NCBI RefSeq assembly: GCF_009914755.1
Contig: NC_060929.1
Length of the DNA stretch: 64,000 nucleotides
Origin: the human T2T-CHM13v2.0 reference genome, Homo sapiens
Direction: 5' to 3' (one strand)
The notes below the pieces were generated by a model. The model searched no databases. It worked only from the letters and a program-made list of their open reading frames with translations, and had not been told where the DNA came from. How positions within the stretch are numbered: the stretch's first letter is position 1; each line of letters opens with the position of its first letter. A program made the position numbers and the translations under genes. Shown here piece by piece: positions 59,141-64,000 of this stretch.

Positions 59141-60746
59141 CTGCTCTCTTTGTGATTATTGTCTTGGGGTGATTTTTTGGTTTTAAGAGTTTTTGTGGTA
59201 AGAACATTTTAACGTAAGATCTACCCTCTTAGCAAATTTTGAGTGTACACTACTTTGTTAGCCATAGATACTATGCTATGTGTAGATCTCCAGAATGTAT
59301 TTATCTTGTATCGCTGACACTTTGTACCCCTTAACCCACACCTCTCCATTTATTGGAATACAGCCATGCCCATTTGTTTATGTTTGGCCTAGGGCTGCTT
59401 GCACTCTCCATGTCAGAGTGGAGTCAAAGCAAAAACCACTTGGCCATCAAAGCCTAAAACATTTACTCTCCGGCCCTTTACAGGAGAAGTTTTCTGTCTC
59501 CTGTTCTAAACCTCTGAGCTGAATTTCCCCATGTTCCTTCCTGATGGAGTGCTAAGATTCTGGGGCTAAATGAGGTTGGGTTAGCATGTGGGCCACCTAA
59601 TCTCCTAAGAATACTGTGGAATGTTCCGTAGACTTCAGTACAGGTATGTTATCCACCCCCATCAAAATTACTAACTGATCAGAATTCACTGGGGGCAGAG
59701 GTTGTTTCAGAGTGTAGGAAGATCCATGAGTCCAATCATTTGATTTAACAAAAATGTATTTAGTGCCACCTTGGACCAGTCATTGAATTCTAGGGATATC
59801 AATGACCAAGTCAAAGTCAGCCACTGCCTTCATGGCCCCAACAGGTCCTTTCAGTGGTGTCCAGAGCAGGGTGGAATCCATCGGGGTGGTGGATGAGAGT
59901 ATTAGATATTCTATTTTTATTTTTTCTCATCCTCTTAATGGGTATTTTGCAGTTTCCATAATTTATGATTGCCATTGTGCCTGTATGTAATTTGTAAATA
60001 AACAGATGTACATACACTGATAGGAGTACACAATCAAAACAGTTTACAGACCTGATGTGGTTTACAGAGCTCCCATTCATTCATTTTCTCTTTCCTGAAA
60101 CAGAGCCAAAGAGAAGTCACTTTAATTCATTTTTTAACAAGTTAAGGCATAACTACATAATGCATTTTTTTTCAAGTCAGAATCGCACGACTTTTGCTGG
60201 TAAGGTTCACTGCTTTTCCTTCTGCCTCCCTGGCGATTTCATTGAGCACAGCGGTTGCTTACAGATCAGCTTCTACTTCCAGAAAGGAGCTGCTCTCCTG
60301 GCTCCCTTCCCCGTTCCTGGTGTCAGCAGCTGAAAGCATAACAAATGGCTGGAATGCCACACAGAGGGGAGAGAGGAAACTCTGGGGGACTGTCTCCCCA
60401 GCATACCCTGCCTTACCCACCTCCCTCCCCACCAGCCCTACCCCTGATCCCAGCTTCCACCCGGCCAAAACCAAAATCCTGAAGTGATGGAGCTAAAAGA
60501 GGCTCACAGGGTCCCCGGGCCTAAGGGTTGCCCACCAGGCACAATTCAGGATCCCCCCCCCAACCCCCCCCCCCCCCCGGCTGGCAGAGACAAAGCAGTC
60601 CAAAGGCAGGGCACAAAAGCAAATGAGGCAGTGGTGATTATGCTAAAGACAATAATGGCCTTGTTACGGGAACTGTTAAAGCAAACCTCCCAAGGAAGTA
60701 ATTAACCACAAAGAAAAAAAAAAAAAAAGGCTGCATGGTGTTTATG

Positions 60747-60853
60747 AAAAGAAACTCCCAGTTAATTCAGAGTTGCTTATGTCAGGTGAGAGGGGTAGAC
60801 ACCAATTCTCTCTCACCTGGCATAAGCAATTCACAATTAACTGAGTTCTTTTT
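60747..60853 (+). other. Long imperfect inverted repeat / predicted RNA hairpin
   Basis: Left arm 60747-60795 pairs with right arm 60807-60853 around an 11-nt loop (TAGACACCAAT). Confidence 0.85.
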
Positions 60854-61360
60854 TTGGAGGTGATTCCTCAGTGTAGAGTATCCTTTTTATGGTTAGTGAC
60901 TTCCCTAGGAGGTGTGCTAAGCACTTTGCTGTTTATTGATAAATATTAAGGTTGCTCCTCATCAACTCCAGATTCAATCCTGCAGCACACTAATTATATC
61001 ACTCTTTTTGTTTGGTTGGGGTGGGGATGGGAGTTCTGCCCTCGTCTCTGTCCTGCTTCGTGAGTTATCAGGAAGGGCTATGTGAGTTTATAAACCTGGC
61101 AGTGGGTCAGAGAGGCACCCGGGCAGAACATGAATGCAGACCCGGGGAGCAGCAGCAATGAACACATTTGTTATAAATTTCATGAACGAGCAAAATAATA
61201 GAGCTATCTACCAAAGTGGACTGGAAAAGACAAATCACTTTTCCATCTAGAAACACTCTACTTTAAAAAAAAGAATCTGTTTGAAGGGATATGTATTTTT
61301 TATTTTAAACTGAGATAGATATAGATACAAATAACAGATAGAGATATTTGAAATCTTTAA

Positions 61361-61764
61361 CAGCCTTTTTTCAACCTGGGTTCCTCTATGAGAGAATTAA
61401 GCCCTAATACTTTATGGCCACTAGTAGTTCTGAAACTTCAGCATGCAGCAAAACCACCTTGATTCAACACAGAGTGCTAAGCCCTATTCCTAGAGCTCCT
61501 GATTCTCTAAGTCTGGGGAGGGCAGTGCAAGACTGAATTTCTAGTAAATATCCCAGCAGTGCTGACGCAGGGGACGCTGATGCAGGTCCTCTTTGAGAAC
61601 CACTGTCCTAAGCCATCCATTCTATGTAATGAATTAACTTCTCTCCTATGCATCTAGAATGGTACTGGATAAAATAACTCCTTTGGAAGAACTGAGAAAA
61701 CTTTCACTCAAATATGCTCTGTAGTCAGCAGTGTTGAGATGAAAATCCCTGTTGGAGAAGGCTG
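61361..61764. mobile_element. hAT-Charlie-like element with a nested MER5A (~61420-61605)
   Basis: Outer TIRs CAGCCTTTTTTCAAC ... GTTGGAGAAGGCTG; inner MER5A ends ctttgagaaccactg. Confidence 0.55.
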
Positions 61765-62649
61765 CCTTAGAATATCCCCACCAAAACAGTTTATGCCAAC
61801 TCCCTGCCTTCTCACCCCCTTGGCTTTCAAAGTCTCCAGACACCCCCAGTCATGTGACCGCCACTCATGTAACCTCAGGAAGCAATGGCTGATTCTGAAG
61901 GGACAAGCCACACCTGCCCATGGCCACTAAAAAGAAGTGGAAATGGTTCAGACAGACACGGCAGCTGGCAGACTGTCTTTTTAATAGTGAGAGATCTTCA
62001 CTTGAACTGCTCACCCCAATTTGAAAAAGAAGAGACTCAAAGAAATATTTTTGCTTACAGAAGACAAATACCAGCTCATTAAAGTCTGAGAATACACACA
62101 ACATGTGCACCAAGTGACAGGCGGATAATATTTAATTATCACCACCAAGACAGAGGTGTGAGATTTAGTTCATCACAGCCAGGGGTAGGAGAGAGGGTGT
62201 AGGTTTCCTCTAAAAGTGGGAACTGCAAGGTGAGGAGGCGTTGTTAGACTGTCTGGCCTGGTGAGACAGTCCTTACTTCTTCCCCACTCCCCTTTATCAC
62301 CCTGAACTTAGAGTCAGGAGCCCTAGCCCTTCCATCATTTCAAGCCGGCATCGGAGTGAGTCTGAAGCTCCTGTGGAATCCTATGAGATGCTTTCTCCCA
62401 TCTGTGGGCAGCGGTGACAGTGGAGACCAAGGGAGGTGATGTCATAACCACATCACCTGGAGGTAGGGTAGGAGGAAGCCTTTTTAGGCTGAGCCTGTCC
62501 CGTCACCCCGCATCACTTTCTTCCTTACTAAACTAGGAGAGATGTCTTTTCCCCTCGTTCCGTTTCAACACAGCACTGAAAGATGTTTTGCACCTTCTCT
62601 TTCATGTCCCTGGTTTCTGAACAGGTGACACTGTATCATCATAATTGAT

Positions 62650-63150
62650 TGAGGGCTTGGGCTTCAGAGTCAGCCTTTGTATTCCAGCTCTGCAAGTCAC
62701 TTTGCTTCTCAAAGTCTCAGTTTTCTTATCTGTAAAATAGGCATGGCAATGCCAATGTCACTAGCTGGTGTGAAGTTTAAGTGAGAAAATGCATGTGATG
62801 TATTTTACAAGACACCTGGCTCATAGATGCCCTCACACGTTGGCTGCTGCTAGCATTAACATTATTAATATTAATGTTATTTTCTAGAAAGGAGACTGAA
62901 TTCATATAGATGGAACCCAACCAATAATTTTTCCAGTGTACACAACCACAAAGATTCTAACTTTGTGCTTATTGAACTTTAGTGCTGCGTGACTGTGTGG
63001 AGGGCTTGTTTAAAAGTCAGATTTCTAAGCCCCCACCTTTGAGGTTCTGATTTATTAGTCAGACATAGAATGCAGGAGTCTGCACTTTTACCACGCACCC
63101 CAGAGTGTCTGATACAAGTGTGTTTGCTCTGCAGATGACATTTTGAGATA
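62650..63150. mobile_element. MIR (~62650-62850) and MER5-type remnant (~62985-63150)
   Basis: agtctcagttttcttatctgtaaaatagg; gaggttctgatttattag...ctgcacttttaccacgcacccc. Confidence 0.6.
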
Positions 63151-63311
63151 AACTTTTTAAAATAATGGTGTTCCCTGGGTGGGCTCACCCAGCCTAATGT
63201 CATAGTGCTTATACCCCAAACCCTTTCCCCTAAAATCCCCAGAACACAGGAGTGCAGTGAGGAGAGGGGAATTTTATTTCAGGAAGAAATAAGTAGCTGA
63301 AAAGACATGAA

Positions 63312-63615
63312 GTCTGGGCATGGTGGCTCACGCCCGTAATCCTAACACTTTGGGAGACCAAGGTGGGTGGATTACTTGAGCTCAAGAGTTCAAGACCAGC
63401 CTCGGCAACATGGTGAAACCCCATCTCTACAAAAAATAGAGAAATTAGCCAGGCAGGCATCCTGGCATGCGCCTGTAGTTCCAGCTACTCAGGAGGCCGA
63501 GGTAGAAGGATCGCTTGCTCAGGAAGTTGAGGCTGCAGTAAGCCGTGATTGTGCTATTACACTCCAGCCTGGGCGACAGAGTGAGACCCTGTCTCAAAAA
63601 AAAAAAAAAAAAAAA
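63312..63615 (+). mobile_element. Alu (AluJ-like)
   Basis: Dimer with poly(A) tail; TSD AAAAGACATGAAG. Confidence 0.9.
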
Positions 63616-63764
63616 GACATGAAGATATCTTTATGTTTAGGTCCTTTGTGAATGACTTCAGTATGATTTAGAAGTTCTCCATTCTTGGGTGGAGAGTTGG
63701 CTGATGTTTGTTTCAAAGTTTAAAAACCTTTAATTCTCTGTCATTAGGGTATGAATTCGTCTAT

Positions 63765-64000
63765 CCACTCATCCATCCATCCATCCATTCATTAGCTTAT
63801 TCATTTATGGTTTAACAAACATTTGTTGAGGGTTTACTAAATGTTAGACCCTGAAAATAAGCCTTTAGAAATACTAAAGCAAACATGACATATGTCCACA
63901 AAGAGCTCACTATCCATCTACAAAGATGGATAAACACATTGTTATTATTATTATTACAGTCCAGCATGTGAGAGGTGACAGAGATGGACCATCTTATTAG
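63765..64000 (-). mobile_element. L2 3'-end fragment with (CCAT)n
   Basis: catccatccatccatccattcatt...aacaaacatttgttgagggtttacta. Confidence 0.5.

Larger units (their letters stand above)
58204..59503. mobile_element. MER58B-like element split by an L1M 3' fragment (~58355-59350, minus strand)
   Basis: cagtagttggcaaactatggtcc...aaattttgatgtttataaa | L1 cagctttattgaggtataattgacata... | tattggaatacagccatgccc...ggccctttacaggagaagtttt. Confidence 0.65.

Overview
Primate genomic DNA, most likely human (Alu elements, an L1PA2-type LINE). It lies inside a large neuronal gene on the + strand, which I recognise from the translated exons as teneurin-2 (TENM2/ODZ2). Four coding exons encode EGF-like repeats 2-8 and the start of the following Cys-rich region: 13170-13364, 19728-19928, 21632-21817 (extendable to 21844) and 57526-57672. 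All are phase 1-1 and multiples of 3. The rest is intron, densely filled with Alu, L1, L2, MIR, hAT/Tigger DNA transposons, an ERV1 LTR and microsatellites. There is no prokaryotic system, CRISPR array, rRNA or tRNA. Two signals are the most interesting. (i) A splicing hot-spot after EGF7: a NAGNAG acceptor, an alternative GC donor adding 9 aa, an open read-through frame and a candidate stop-containing mini-exon with a poly(A) signal. (ii) A ~105-nt intronic hairpin whose mismatches are mostly G-U wobbles on the sense strand. Also notable are an 86-nt perfect (TG)11(TA)20(CA)11 palindrome and two homeodomain-motif-rich candidate enhancers. Repeat subfamily names come from recalled consensus sequences and repeat boundaries are approximate.
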